Shown piece after piece: positions 26,601 to 40,644 of a stretch of DNA of 64,000 bases (position 1 is its first letter; each line of letters starts with the position of its first letter). The stretch lies in the NCBI GenBank assembly GCA_964057225.1, contig OZ059898.1:7316001-7380000 (forward strand). Reading direction: 5' to 3'. The position numbers and the translations under genes were made by a program. Source of the stretch: Auanema rhodensis (lineage: Eukaryota > Animalia > Nematoda). The notes below the pieces were generated by a model, which did not search any database, was not told where the DNA came from, and worked only from the letters and a program-made list of their open reading frames with translations.

Positions 26601-29600
26601 ACATTAAAAACTCACTAGATTTCATTTAATCTAAAGTTCTAATGGAAAAGAATCTTTATCTTACTTTAATATTTCTATCTATATTTTTATTTCTTATTCA
26701 GAACATTTTTTAGAAAAGAAAAAAAAAGGAAAATTCTCATTACGAGTTAGTTTTGGGACGAGGGCGTGAACGACATGTGTAAGTCATTTGAAACATGAGC
26801 TATCTGAGCAATGTATTCAATCGGAGAATATGGAGACGATGACGAAGACGAAGAAGCATTTCTCAAATTCTAATTTTCCAAACTTTTTAACTTTCAGAAA
26901 ATTATCAGATTCAAAGAGATATTTTATGAATATAAGCTCAGTATGCTCATTAGTTAGTTTGATCTTTCAAAAAACTTTTTATAACTAAGAAAAGAACTTT
27001 TTGTTTACTAATCATATATTGAATTGATAAAAAAATATTAATTTTCATGAATTTAAATTAGAATGATCATTAATTACATATATTTTAGTATTAGAATTAA
27101 TGGAAAAAGAAGAAGAGAAAATTAACCCGAAAGTTGTCTTCTAGTTAAGTTGTAAAACTATTTCTATTTCAATGATATTGGCTAAAAATAGAAAATTATG
27201 CATTGTATTACATATAATGTTCTAATACTTATTTATATAAAGTAAGTATTGGTTGATAAACTAATTGACATTATTATATTTGAAATAAATTATAACCAAT
27301 AATATATATTATTGTTTAAGCAATGTGACATGTATATACATATATGAATATTTAATATTTTGAAATGATATAAACGTTATATTGGTCATTATAATTATAT
27401 CAAATATATCCTTGAAAATTATCAGTAACATATGTATACGTATATAGATGTACAACGTATGTATATACATATAAGTTTGTTTGAAACTATTGATATTAGA
27501 CATTGTACATCAGATCTCAATACAGAATATGAATATGAAATAACAATCTCAAGTATCTTGAAAAAGGAAAAAATTCCGTTTCTTTTAAAATAAGAAGGCA
27601 TCAACAAATCTGGGGAAATAGCTTAGAATACTATAAGGTTTGTCAAGAAATGCGACAAAAAAAAATGAAAAATAAAAAGGTTTTAAGTTGTTAAAAATAT
27701 TCAAAAGTTCAAAAAAATGTTAGTTCTAAAGGATAAAAGTTTAATATTTCTTTTGAGTAATGTAAAATTGAATAGAAAAATATAACTATGAAAAAGCTTT
27801 ACGTTGGTAACTATTCTGAATGATTAAAAGAATATATGTAGATAGTTCCAAGTTAGTGTCTATTATTGGTTATAATGTTTTTATTATTGTAAATAACATT
27901 TATTATTTACAAAAATTAAATTAGAAGTGGACAAACTACTTTGAACCTTTTAATTTATTTTGATAAATACAAAATTTCGTATAAGATACATGAAATCTCT
28001 TCAAAAAATATTTTTTCATTGAAAATGTGGAAGAAAACTGATGATTATTATGAACTTTGGTTACGAATATATTCTATACAATTGTAATATATTAAGTATA
28101 AACAAGACATGCAATCATGAAGCATTTCAGGAATAAAAAAAACATTTTCACGTATTTCCTGAAATTTCTACAAATGTTCAAGGAATCACAGATGTTTTTT
28201 GTTTCTCTACGTTCATATATATTTACATTTTTTTCAAAGTTGTACATAATTTATGTTCTGTGATCAGATTGCTTAAATTTATTTTAAAAGGACGTCTTGA
28301 ACAATATTTAGATGTCAAAACAAACTAAAGTTTTTGCACCTATGTATGTATATTATTCTTTCTTTTATGTGTAGAAATTATTTTTTTAAAAAGAAATTTG
28401 TTAAAAAAGAAAATTTCAAAAACAGTCGTTAAATTTTTTTCAGATTTTCGTGACGCATAAAAACATTAGAAAGAAACAATCTAATCGGAAGTATGGAATA
28501 CACAAGCATGTGCTTGTTGTTTTAACAATCTCTAACTGAAGAGATTTTAGAAGAACTTTAATAGATCACATTAAGACTGATGATTACCGTAAGCAATTTT
28601 CAAGCAATTTAAAATCTAACGATAATTAATGTTTTTACGCAAAAAATACGAAAAAAAGTATTTCAAAATAGTCCAGAAAAGGCTTAGTTTAAGACAAGCC
28701 GTTTTTGTTTCATGTCATGGGTTGCTCTTTTAGGATTGGACAACAGATAATTCTTAGGTAACAGTTGACTTTTAAATTGAGTTAGTGTATGCTTGACATG
28801 ATTCAAGAACAAGTTTTAAAAATAGTCCTAGCATATATACTTAGCTTACATACATGTGCTCAGAAAATCCTTTATACTTTTTGAAAATAAAGCGACAAGT
28901 TTACGAAAATGTGTTTCAAATGCTATATACTATAACCTATTGTGAATGTGGAATGGTTTGCGAATGGACAGACAAGAAAAGAAGGTATTTTATTCAATTT
29001 TAGACATTTAGTTTAGATGAATTGTCAATTTATCTTGCGAAAACAAGGCAAGAACTACAACCGTTTTCTACTTAGTGATACTACATCAATGTTAATAAAC
29101 ATAAAAAGGAAATATATTCAAAATAAATAACATAAAGTTCTAATAACGAGACATTAAGATGCATATCACTTAGTAATTTTTTGAAGTTTTGATATTTTGA
29201 TGTTTTAAGTGAATAAACTATAAAAATTTATGTTTTAAAATATCTTATATATCTTATATGTATTATATATATATATATATATATTTGAAATTGACTGACA
29301 AGATGATATGTATATGTGAAAGATCGAAGACAGACTAATGCATCACGTCATCAAAACCTTGGTTAGAATTAGAAAATTCAAATAAAATAGGAAACGGAAT
29401 ACGACAGAACAAGTGAGGATGGAACAGCTATTTCTCTATTTATAAAAAAAAATGAGAAAAATTGTAAAACATCCACTATTTACTTCATTTTTTGTGAAAA
29501 ATAAGCATACAACCTCAATATGCTATTATAAAGCTCGATTAAGAAATGATCGTTATAAGCTCAGAGAACATTACTTTATCTGTGAATAAAGGGCTACAGG

Positions 29601-32600
29601 AAATTGTTGAAAAAAAAAAGAAAATATTGATATATAAAAAGTGAAATATTTAAAGATTGAATTTATATTTATTTATGAATATTTAATTAATTATCTAGTT
29701 TATCCATGAGATTAATATAGCTGAATCCAAAAGAAACTTCATTATTATTTCTTTTTAAATGACTTCTGAAACAAAATAGTTAAGGTAGAGAGGGGGTAAT
29801 ACATTATATAATTAATTTGATTTATGAAACAAAATAAACAAAGTAATTGAAACCATTGATCAAGATAGACCCAGATGTTCTATTATACTTAATATCTTCA
29901 TATAGAAGAACGAGAAAAGAAAAATCACATAGAGGAAAAGCAATTATTGAAAGAAAGAGGTTGAGACATTTTACTATAAGAGAACATAGTACAACCATAG
30001 TAGTAGAGAAGAAGAGAAGGTTATAGAGATGGAGGGAAAGAGGAAAGAGAGAAGGGGCCAACAAACAAAAATTTCAAAGAAAATGGTACATAGAACGATA
30101 TTGAGTTTTCAAAAGAAATGTGCCTTCATAACAAAATTATGATCTAATTAAAGAGAAGAAAGCAGCATATTGCACTTCAGAGTTTAGAGCTGCAATTTGA
30201 ATTCCCATTATTATCAGCTTTGTTTGAAAAGAATTCGTACCGAAAGAAGAGGAGTTTCAAAAAGATTTAGAAAACTATTGAAACTACTTCTTCATTTTGT
30301 TATTTTTCTTCTGCAGCCAGGTTGACTTTAACTTTCGAATTGTTGTCAAAAACATATTTCAAAATAGGAAGTGCTAATAGAAAAGATATATATATTCCCA
30401 AATAGTTCGTTATAAGTATTCAAAACTATATTTTTCTTAATAAAATAAACAATTGAAAATAGTTTAAACTATGAGCTTAAATGTGAATCAACCTTGCATT
30501 TGTAGGCTTCTTCTCATCAATGGCTCTACGTCATATTACGAACAATAACGTTACTTTAGAAAAGCTTAAAAGGTTCCGTAACTCACGTAAAGCCGGATAT
30601 GCTATGGAAGACATAAGAACGATAAACTACATTATTCTACCTTCCATGTCTTTAGCATATGAGTCTGATTCAGCGAACCTAAATAGGACCACAACATATC
30701 ATTAACTATTCTACAAGGGAGCATAGAACGGTTCACGTTTTGCAAAAAAACAGGAGAAAAGGTCATAGAAGACAATAAGGGGAGATAAAGTCCGAAGTCC
30801 GCTAATCTAACCAATAAGCTCAGTTTAAAACTTCAAAGATTATGAACATCGTATGGTATAGCTAAAAGTTATAAATTGCAAGTTAATAAAAAATCGGAAA
30901 ATATGAAGAATAATAAATAAATAATAAAACAAAAGGTCAACCTCAATTGCAAAAAAATCTCAACTTGAATAGCATCTATATTCAAAGTATGAGAATAAAA
31001 GAAATGGAAGAAAAGTTATATTTTCAGAAAAAAAGGAAGTCTTTCAGCTATTATACTGTATATAATGATACCAGCAGAAGAAGCATCTTCTTTCATTTAT
31101 AACTTGGACTTGAAGAAATTCAATATAATAACTTATTTTTCTAATTTAAAAGAATATAAACTTTGAAAATTACGTCACACGAGGTCTTCATCTATGATTC
31201 ATATTTCATTCCTTTAATAGAACGCTCATGATAATATAAAATGTTGATGATTTTAAAAATTGGAAAACCTAAAATTAAAAATGAGTTATGTCAAATTTAT
31301 ATTTCATGGATCATAAAGCTGTTATTATAGATGGATGAGAGAACATTGATATATAAAATCTGTAGAAGTTATAAGCATGAACTAACTCAAAACAAAAATA
31401 TTCTTGGCATATTATTGGATCATGATGAGCACAGAAAACATTTTATAAGTACTATGATAAATGAACAAAAAACGGATGAAACGTGTTGTCAATGATGTTC
31501 TTTAAAAGATCGCCGAGTCATCGCTAATAGATAATTGATGGGAGTACATTGCTATTCCCTAGATTAACCTATTCCTGTTCAATTACAAGAATTTGCGTAA
31601 AAACATTTGAAGGCGTAAAATGCTCCGCCTGGAAAAATGTAGAATATGCTTTCAGGTTCACCAATCTTATTTGACAAACAAAAGCCGGAACATACAGAAT
31701 TTAAAAGAAGCTGACGTAATAGTGAGGTCGTATATATATACATATATATATGTATATATATATATATATATATTCATATATTTGTATTAAAGTAATATTA
31801 CTGCAGTTTATCTAAAATAATTATTTGCCCTTTCCATAGATCGATGCTCATTATGATCTTATTATAAATTGAATAATATTATTTAGATGAAGCAAATAAG
31901 GGAAAAAATGTTTTTTACGGCAGTTCGGTTTAATGAATAACGCATAATTTCTTTTAAGGTACTTAAAGTATACAGAAATATCAATTTATTATACTGCAAT
32001 ATCCACTAATTTCTAAAATTGTATTATTAACCTCTTCCAGTTTTAACTATTCAGAAGTTTTTGGAGGATGAAGAGTTTCCGGCTCTTGCAAGCATCGTAA
32101 AGAATATTTTTTGCTAGTAAAATTAAAAATTGTTCAGCAAAATATATAATATATGTAACAATGAAAAAAGAAATAAAAAGAATTGAATAATTAAGTATTT
32201 TTTCTTAAATTATTAAAACTTTATTTTAAAACAATCTATCATTGATAAAATTATAGAAAATGTTTTTTTCTATTCATTTTTCATAAAATGTGAAAACGTC
32301 TTTGCCTTCAAGTTAGATATATTCGTATCATTTTAGAAATAAATAATAAACAAGAAGTGCTTTGCCAATTCTTTTGAAATTTGAACTGTTATTATTTCCT
32401 TTTTCATTCCTTTTTTTTATTTCCTACATCTCAGTTTAACTATCATCATTATATTTAAAAATTATAAAAATTCTTATTTTCTCTTGCTTTTTAAAAAAAA
32501 AAATTTCTATGTACTCAAGAACGTTTTCTACATAACTTTAAAATAAAACTTAGTATGAATTTATCTTTAAAAAATATATATTATATGATAGAAATAAGAG

Positions 32601-35600
32601 ATGTTGAGATGTAAATTATTCTTGTTTTTAAAAAGAAAGTCATAAGGAAAGAATATCAGTATAATTAAAAATATTTTTTTATACCGATATTTTTATGTTT
32701 CAAGTTGAACTTATAATGAAGAGATTGAAAAAGCCTAAACTTTGAAGACTCTCAAATCTGTGTTTGACAAGGAAAGTGATAGAAGATCATAGGAGGACAA
32801 TGAGAAAAGGTTGAACACGTATGAGTGGAACTCTGAGAAAGTTCTGAAACGTTTCAAGTATTTTGTTTAATCCTCCGTCTCTATTAAGCTTCAATCTTGA
32901 TAACTTTACAAAAGAATGTAAAGTGAAAAATGAATTATCAATTGGAATAGATGCATCAAGTAAAATATTTAAATATTGTTAAAAGAATATATATATATTT
33001 TGATAAATATTATAATTATAGATAAAACAGATTATATACACATATATGTATAAATATGTATCTAAGTACTAATATCATGTTAGAACTGTAAAAACTGAAA
33101 GAAGATATTTATCTTTAAATATAAATATGTATATCATTCATTCTCACTTCCTTATTGGTATTTTGAAAAAATAATAAAACAAAAAAAATGATTTGTAGTG
33201 AATTTTTGATCAAATAATATAAGAAATAATAATAGAAGAAATATGTATATAAACTAATAATAATTATTAATAATACTAATATCATTTTCATTTAATTTTA
33301 ATTTTAAAAACATTGTGAGTTACTTCCTAAAATTGCATTTCTTTAGCTTTTGTTTTTGTAAATTATACAACACAACTGTTCAGATGTTTTTGTTTAAAAT
33401 TAAAATTTTATTTCCAAAATATTTTTTAAAATCAAATTTATATACATATAGATAAATGTATAATTTACAATAAAAACATTGCTATTGTTAGTTTATACAT
33501 ATATTATCAAACATTTGTTGCATATAAATTAATTTAACTAATAATTTAAACTAATTTGTATAGAAATTTTCATGAAATACTCGTTGTGATTTCATTCTTG
33601 AGAAAGGAAATGAGGGAAGTAAGAGGAATCAGAGACAAATTTAGGAATATCCGAGTAGGAAACCTAACGCAACATTCAAGTACGTTCATGTTTCTTCTCT
33701 AATTTCAGTTTAAGAACAGCCAAGTTAAGATTTATAAGAAAATTAAGATTGCCCAAATATTTCAAGCTTAGTACAAGACATATAGATTTTTTTTAATCTA
33801 AAAAGTCATAAATTATCTTCCTTTCAATATTTCTTCTATAAAAACTGACACAAAGATAGGGTTCAGCTGAAGTCAACAAGCTATTTATGCGGGGGAGAAT
33901 AATCATTCTACCGTAGCTGACTTCCAAGACCGATTCATTAGGAATGAATGATGATGAATTTTCTTAAAAAAAGAATATAAAACAAAAGATATTAAAACGT
34001 TTAAATGCCAATGTTTCAATAAAAAAAAACTTTTCTTTCTAATGATGCTTATATGAGCACATGTTCATATATGTATATATGAAGATATGAATGAATGCAA
34101 TGTATAACATATGAACATCCATCTTGTCAAATGTAGCAGTTATTTAACTGCAATTAACTAAATTACTGGTACGTTCGATGTGTTTTTTAAAAGTTTGAAT
34201 AAGACAAATCTGCAATAACAAAACAAAAATCAAGATAATGGAAGGGGAACATATAAATTTAATTTTTTTATAATTTCCTTATTTGGTTGCATAAACGGAA
34301 ACATGGACATAGAAATGACCGAGCCGGTCGACGGAAACACTGATTGAAGCGCCTGAATGAGCAAGCAGCCAATCGTGATCCAAATAAGGAAATTATAGCA
34401 TAGTTTTTGGGGTAAAAAAGGTTTCACAATCATTTCGAGGTAGTATTGGTTCCCTGTCAATCGTTGTTTCCGGACTATAAGGCAATTCGCCTACTCCTTA
34501 TCCCTTATAAGGGAAGGAAATTTATTCAAAATCAAATCTTTTTATTTGTGAAATTTGTAACCGTCAAACTCTTTTGACAGTTAAAAATGATAAAATAGTT
34601 GTCTTTTTTTCAATAAAATAATATTTTCTAACATAGTGATAGTAGATATTTTCAAAAATTGTGAGAAATATCAAGGTATGAATTAATTAAGATTATATCG
34701 ACTATATAAACATAGTAAAGCATTTATGAGGCTGCAATAACTCTCGATAGCGTACATCATGAAATATATTAAAATGAAAAAGAAAATCGAGATGTATGTT
34801 TTAAACGAGATGAGAGTGTTTTAGATTAATAGATGAATTTTCCAAAAAAACCTCAGAGATCATTTTAGAATAACGAGCAAATGAAAGTTTCGTCTAAAAA
34901 ATGATAATCCGGATATCTTTGCAACTTTTTCAAGAGTTGAAGAAAAAGGTTTTATAAACGGTGTTATCCTATAACAGCTTATCCTCATCAGGATGAATCG
35001 ACAGCAATTATGCTGTATTAGAGGCGTAACTCTTCTGCAGTTCATCTAAATGACTTCCAAACTTATAAGTTCTCGAGCCCCTACATAAGAGGTTGTATTG
35101 CATAATAAATCAATTCGCATTATATAAGCCTAGTAAATTTTTCTGAAGTATCAGTTAAAGATAGAAGTTGTTTTTCATATTAGTCATTTTCTGTGAGTTT
35201 AACAAGCCGCCGACATTAAAGATTGTTAAAGATATGTATATATTTCAACCAGTAGCTTTCGCTCTGTCCAGCCGAGATAAGTTTGTCCTTTCTTGGAATT
35301 AAAGCGGAAGTTCCGAAAAAATTTGAGAAATACGAGTGCCATCTTATACATACTTAGAATCATCCTAGCAGTTCTCTTCTTCCCCTCATCCATTTTCTCT
35401 AGATGCGCCTATTATAGTTAAAAAACATTGTAAGTGAAATTAAACACTTAAATTTAAAAAAAAAGAAAAAAGAGAAAAGAGAGAACACATAATATTTTAA
35501 TAGAAAGGAATAGCCAGTAATATAAAAATAAATAAAAAAAAATCAAGTAACCTTTGAATAAATTTAAAATTATTCTTTTCAATAGATCTTCGACTCTTCA

Positions 35601-36916
35601 ATAAAATATAACTAGATCAAATAAAATATTTTATCTTATAACTAACAAGAAATTTTGTTTTGTATCTTGAAAAGAATTCAAGCCATTTTTAAAGCTGGTA
35701 TATTAAACGTAGTATTTTTTATATGAAACAAGTTGTTACGTTTTATAAAGTAGGATATCATATTTTGATATTGAGTTTGAAAAATATTTCTAATGAAAAC
35801 AAAACTTTTTATAAGAATTTATCTTTAAAGTACTTTATACATATTTTGAAGAAGAACACTTCAAGAGTATAGAAATAGTTTTTTTCGCGTCTCAAATGTA
35901 TAATTGCTTATGGTTTTGCTAAAAATATAATATGTACATCATTACAAAATATTAAAAAAAAACGAAAAATGAAAAAGGAAAAAGGAATTTATAAAAAAAA
36001 GGCATGATAGTATCCTTACTTCATGAGTTCTTTAAATTTTCCAAATTTATTAGTTTTTTATCTCAGAATGGATTAATTTAACACAGTCGGCTAATCTGTA
36101 ATTGAACTCAAGTAGTTATGAAACATATGCAATCACAACAACATTTTCGGATCAGCTAAAACATGTGGTAGCTGTATTCTCACGACTTGCAGCAAGCAAT
36201 CCGTTCGTTATAATTAATAATTCAGACATCCTCCAAGTCTTGCAATCTATTCCAGCCTCTGAACAGAACATCTATTTAATTTTTAAAACAAAAACTTCAA
36301 AATTGTTCCGAGAAATAAGGTTCAATTTCTACAGGTACTGCAACTGTACTGTATTGTGAGGGAATTTGAATCATTTAAACACCCGGTCTCATATTTGAAC
36401 ATAAAAAGTGAATCGCAGCAATTATTACTTGTGTTTATTGCAACAGTCCTAAACGCACTTTACCATTTCAATATTTAATTCATTAGATAATGAATACATA
36501 AGGTCAAGATAAAAGACGTTCCTTTGTTTGAAGCGTTTAATAACAATTGCAATCATATTAGCGAAAAATTTTTTTTTAAATATTGTTTGAATTTCTATTG
36601 CAGTACTTGTGCAGAAATTACAAATACTTCTTCATAAAACTTTAATAATTACAAAGGAATTTCATTAACTGACATGAAACGGATAGTGCGCCCTAATCGA
36701 AAACCGCCAAAGAATGGTTTTCAAATGCCTCTATCTATATCAGAAATACTTTATAAAATACATGTGACAATGGTTCGAGTTAAATTGTACTGCTTGTTTA
36801 TACAATAGATCAATTGCATTGAATAGTGTTGATATGATTTTTGTTGTTTGTGCTTTAATTTATTCTTTCAAGATATTATCTAATTTTGTTTCATTTACAG
36901 TTATTGTTTCCGTCTG

Positions 36917-39900
36917 ATGCTTATTAGAGATAGAGAAAATCTTCGGTTCCAATTCTATGACATTGTTAAACGTGGGGTATGTGATTAGAAATTGTATATT
37001 TATCCGTTTTCATATATTTTCAGCATGTGTTATTGATTGTGGGTAATGATGTAGATGCTCTCTGTTCTGCAACAATATTAACTGTAAGTATTTCAAAATT
37101 TATAAATCTAGTCAACAATGCGGCACCCGTGAGTAAATTGGTTATGAAAATTATGATCTGAGATCGGAGAATTAAAAGAGCATTTTGATTATTTCATGAT
37201 AATTATGTATGAACTAAGTATACCCTAACGGATAAAGTAACCACGACTATTGTTAGTAATATCCACAAAGGCAATAATATTAGCCATAAAGGAACAGCAA
37301 CTTGGAAGCACAATCTCAAGCAAAGCAGAGTCTCGAATAATACCTTCAGGCAAACGCAGACTGAAACATTATAAGTTAAACGCGCAAACTGAGTATATCT
37401 CACAAAATTGTCCAAACAAGTCATAGTTTAATCGCAAGAATATCCTCCAGTTGTAGAATATCCTTTCGTCAGTTCTTTCTTCTAACGCTTTATAAACAGT
37501 TAAAAAAAATGTAGTTAAAATTACTAAGTCTGTGGCAGCTAAAACTGAAAATAGAAGAATAGGCGGTTGTTTTTCAGAACCACTATCCTGAATTAAATGT
37601 TTAGATATATTACTTTTTAAAGACAACGTACCAAGTGGAGAACTAAGCATGCTAATACTATAATCATCATCATCCATATTATAATACATCTGTGACCAGT
37701 AGCGAGAGACATAAAACTTCAAGTAAAACGTGATCCCTTATGTGGGGGATTAAGAAAGCTACTCCTTGCGCGTTTCGGGGCTAAGGGCGTGCGCAAGTCT
37801 GGTGCAGTTATTACGGTCATACAGACGTAGCGAGAAAATTAGTATTTGAGCAAAAACAGGATGAGTAAATATGAGAACCACATTTTATTACAAATTGAAA
37901 TAAGAAAGTTTCGTTATTTTTAGAAATTATTCGCTTGTGATGATGTACCGTTCTCAATTGCTACTGTTTCTGGATGGGACTCCTTAGAAAGAACATTAGC
38001 AGAACATGCCGATCAAGGTACTATATGAAAAAAAATAATTCAAAAGTATTAATAAGTTATTATGCAGAGACTTCTATCGTAATGCTCAATTGTGGGGTAA
38101 ACAAAGCTCTTGATGAACTTGGATTATCGGAAACTCAAAGAGTATCAATTCTGTCAAATTTATATAGTCATAGTCATTTATAGGTATTTATTTTGGACTC
38201 CAGGAGACCCATACATCATGAAAATGTCTACAATCACACTCAAATAGCAGTACTACTAGATTCTGAGGAAGAAGCTGCTCTTAAGTATTGTTTTAAACTT
38301 GAATAGTTTTTGCATAGAATAAGAACCGAAGATTTTCTCGAGCTCAGAAATTCTGTTACAGGATTCCTCCAGCTGAAGCAATTATTCCTCAAGACAGTGA
38401 CGAAGAATCAGACGACGATGATAATGAAGACGATGAAAATAAGCCCAATCGTTTTGAAAAATTACAACGACGGATTTTGAAGCAGGTCTTGAAGTGGTTT
38501 TGACCTGCAAGATACTTTCAAATTTAGGAAATTCGTAAAAAATGGGAACGTAGCCGTGGAGATTTGTTGTGGTCATACTACGAGAGTACCTGGTATTCCA
38601 TGGCAGTATGTTTTTATTTCTTTGCTAAGATCTTGTTCTTTTGCAGACATCTGTTCGAATGCTGGAACTAGCAGCAGCATTGAATCGGGTAAGTTCTGAA
38701 CATATGTGGCTTGCTGCTGTTGGATTGAATAGTCAATGGACTGACAAGCTCGTAAGTTAAAAAAATAACTTATTTAATATCACAATTCTTTCAGATATCT
38801 ACCGAAATGTATACTTCTTATTGTATAGAACGAATGCGACCTTTCATTTACAAATTTTCTCCAAAAAATACACCCAAAGCTGATGATGTTCTTCGGATAT
38901 CGTTCGAGAAAGAGTAGATAACTTGTTATTTGATTAGTATAGCTTTTTTTTAGTTTACCGTTAGCCATGTATACACATTGGTCTATTTATCAGGCAATGA
39001 TGGTTAATGATTATTTTGCTTGCTTAACCAAGAATTGGACCCAAAGAGGAGATGCTGAAGTAAAGCATATGTTAGCAAGATTAGGGTTGGTAAAAGAGAA
39101 CGTAATCTGGATTCATTAATTCAATAACAGATTAACATTGAATGAAACTAAGCAGAAATACGAAGCTATGACGACGGAAAGGAGAAAAGAAGTTTTTACA
39201 ACTCTGGAAAGCGAAATGAATTCAGCGTTTGCTTCGTTTGTAGCTCATCTTGGATACTGTAGTAGGATAACTTCCGCTGATTTAGCTAGGGCATTAGTTG
39301 TTAAGTCAGTATAAAAAGTGTATAGTTGCTATTGTGGCTTTTTCAGACTAGAAACTCCGGCAAGTGTTTCCCTGACAGAGCGTTTCACTAAGGCTAAGGA
39401 TGTTTTAATGCCTTTCCTAGAATCAAATGGAGATTTTCTTTGTCTAAATAAGGCTTTTGAGAGCTATAAGGTATCTTTACTCGAATGTGCTTTAAATTAT
39501 AAGATTTCAGATGTCTCTTGAGGCAATGTGGACGATGGTATCAAATGCTGTAAATCAGTCTGAAATTTTACCTACTGGCCCATTTTATCTATTTTCATCT
39601 TCCCGTGAATTGGGTATTGCCATCCTTCTGATAATATGAACATATTTTTCATTTATAGACACGGATCTCTTAGAATCTAGACATTTCCTGTACAATTTTT
39701 GTCAATTTTTACTCAAAGCTTTTGCTATTTCTGGTAGAGGACGTGGTCGTAAACCCTTGATTGTATCATTTCCTCTAACAGGAGAGAGGCGTGGTAACCA
39801 TCTAGTTACTGGTGTTATGCCTCTTGACACTGTTCATGAAGACAGCATTCTCAAATGGTTGTAAAGTTTTTCGTGATATAATATTATATATTCTATTTAG

Positions 39901-40098
39901 TTTTATTGGAAGAGCGTTCAAAGAAGTAAGCAGACGGCCTGGTATGAGTGAAGCTATTACTTTGGATTATTTTGATGAAAATAGTGAGAATATAGAGAAC
40001 ATAGAAAAATGAATAATATATTTTCAGTTATAATGCTACGATCATCCGATCGTTCACGCTTCTTTGATATTCTTCAAGCTGTCATGGATACTGCATAA
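36917..40098 (+). CDS. cdc-45: CDC45 replication initiation factor (C. elegans evl-18)
   Basis: NDVDALCS, LNCG, FILDSRRP, acidic insert, MYTHWSIYQAM, LARLGLTL, KPLI, FIGRAF, DRSRFFD motifs across about 14 exons. Confidence 0.93.
37203..37712 (-). CDS. TMEM60-like four-TM protein nested antisense in cdc-45 intron 2 (3 exons)
   Basis: MSLATGHRCIIIWMMMIIVLACLVLHL|DSG...TDLVIL...GQF|FCVCLKVLFETLLCLRL...LLPLWILL, similar to TMEM60/TMEM185-family motifs (LKxxFxxxLCxxL, PLW). Two ~43-44 nt GT-AG introns. Confidence 0.8.
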
Positions 40099-40644
40099 TT
40101 ATTTTATTTCGTTAAGTGTGTTATATCATTGTCATAGTGTTTTTCATTATACTTATATATTGTAAGATTTTCGGTTTGTCAAAATAAAATATGTTTGATA
40201 CAGAATGTTTATTTCTGGATACACCCGTCGTCAAACCCGCAGAAATGCTTCTGAAATGCTGAGATGCGTATCTGAAATTCAAAAGTAGCTACAATACAAA
40301 ACAACAAGAAAAAATCAACAATTAGATGCCTTTTCTTACATCTTCACCGTCTTGCCATCTTTTTTATCTTTTAACCACCACGAGGAATGTTTTTTTTTAG
40401 TTGTGGCTTTGTTTTTATAAATCGTAGTGGAATTTATATAAGTATATCTATTTATTAACTTTGGAGCATATGCTCTCTTTTATAACTTAACATACATATT
40501 TAAATAAGAAATATGAAAACAACTCAATATACACCAGAACAATCAAAACAGAGAATTTGAAAACAGAGTTGAGGACACTTCTTATATGGAAATCTCATCG
40601 ATAAGGCATCATGCATGCGAACGTAAATCCAATGCACCTAGAGA

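Noticed and set aside
30520-30814. Short overlapping ORFs in a GC-richer island
   Set aside because: No recognisable motif or exon chain; more likely regulatory or decayed sequence.
34437-34497. let-7-like precursor (CGAGGTAGTATT...)
   Set aside because: The arms pair poorly and the sequence diverges right after the seed.
35353-35392. Possible distal tkr-1 first exon (MDEGKKRTARMIL, phase 1)
   Set aside because: 12 kb away with a weak acceptor, and the phase match has a one-in-three chance.
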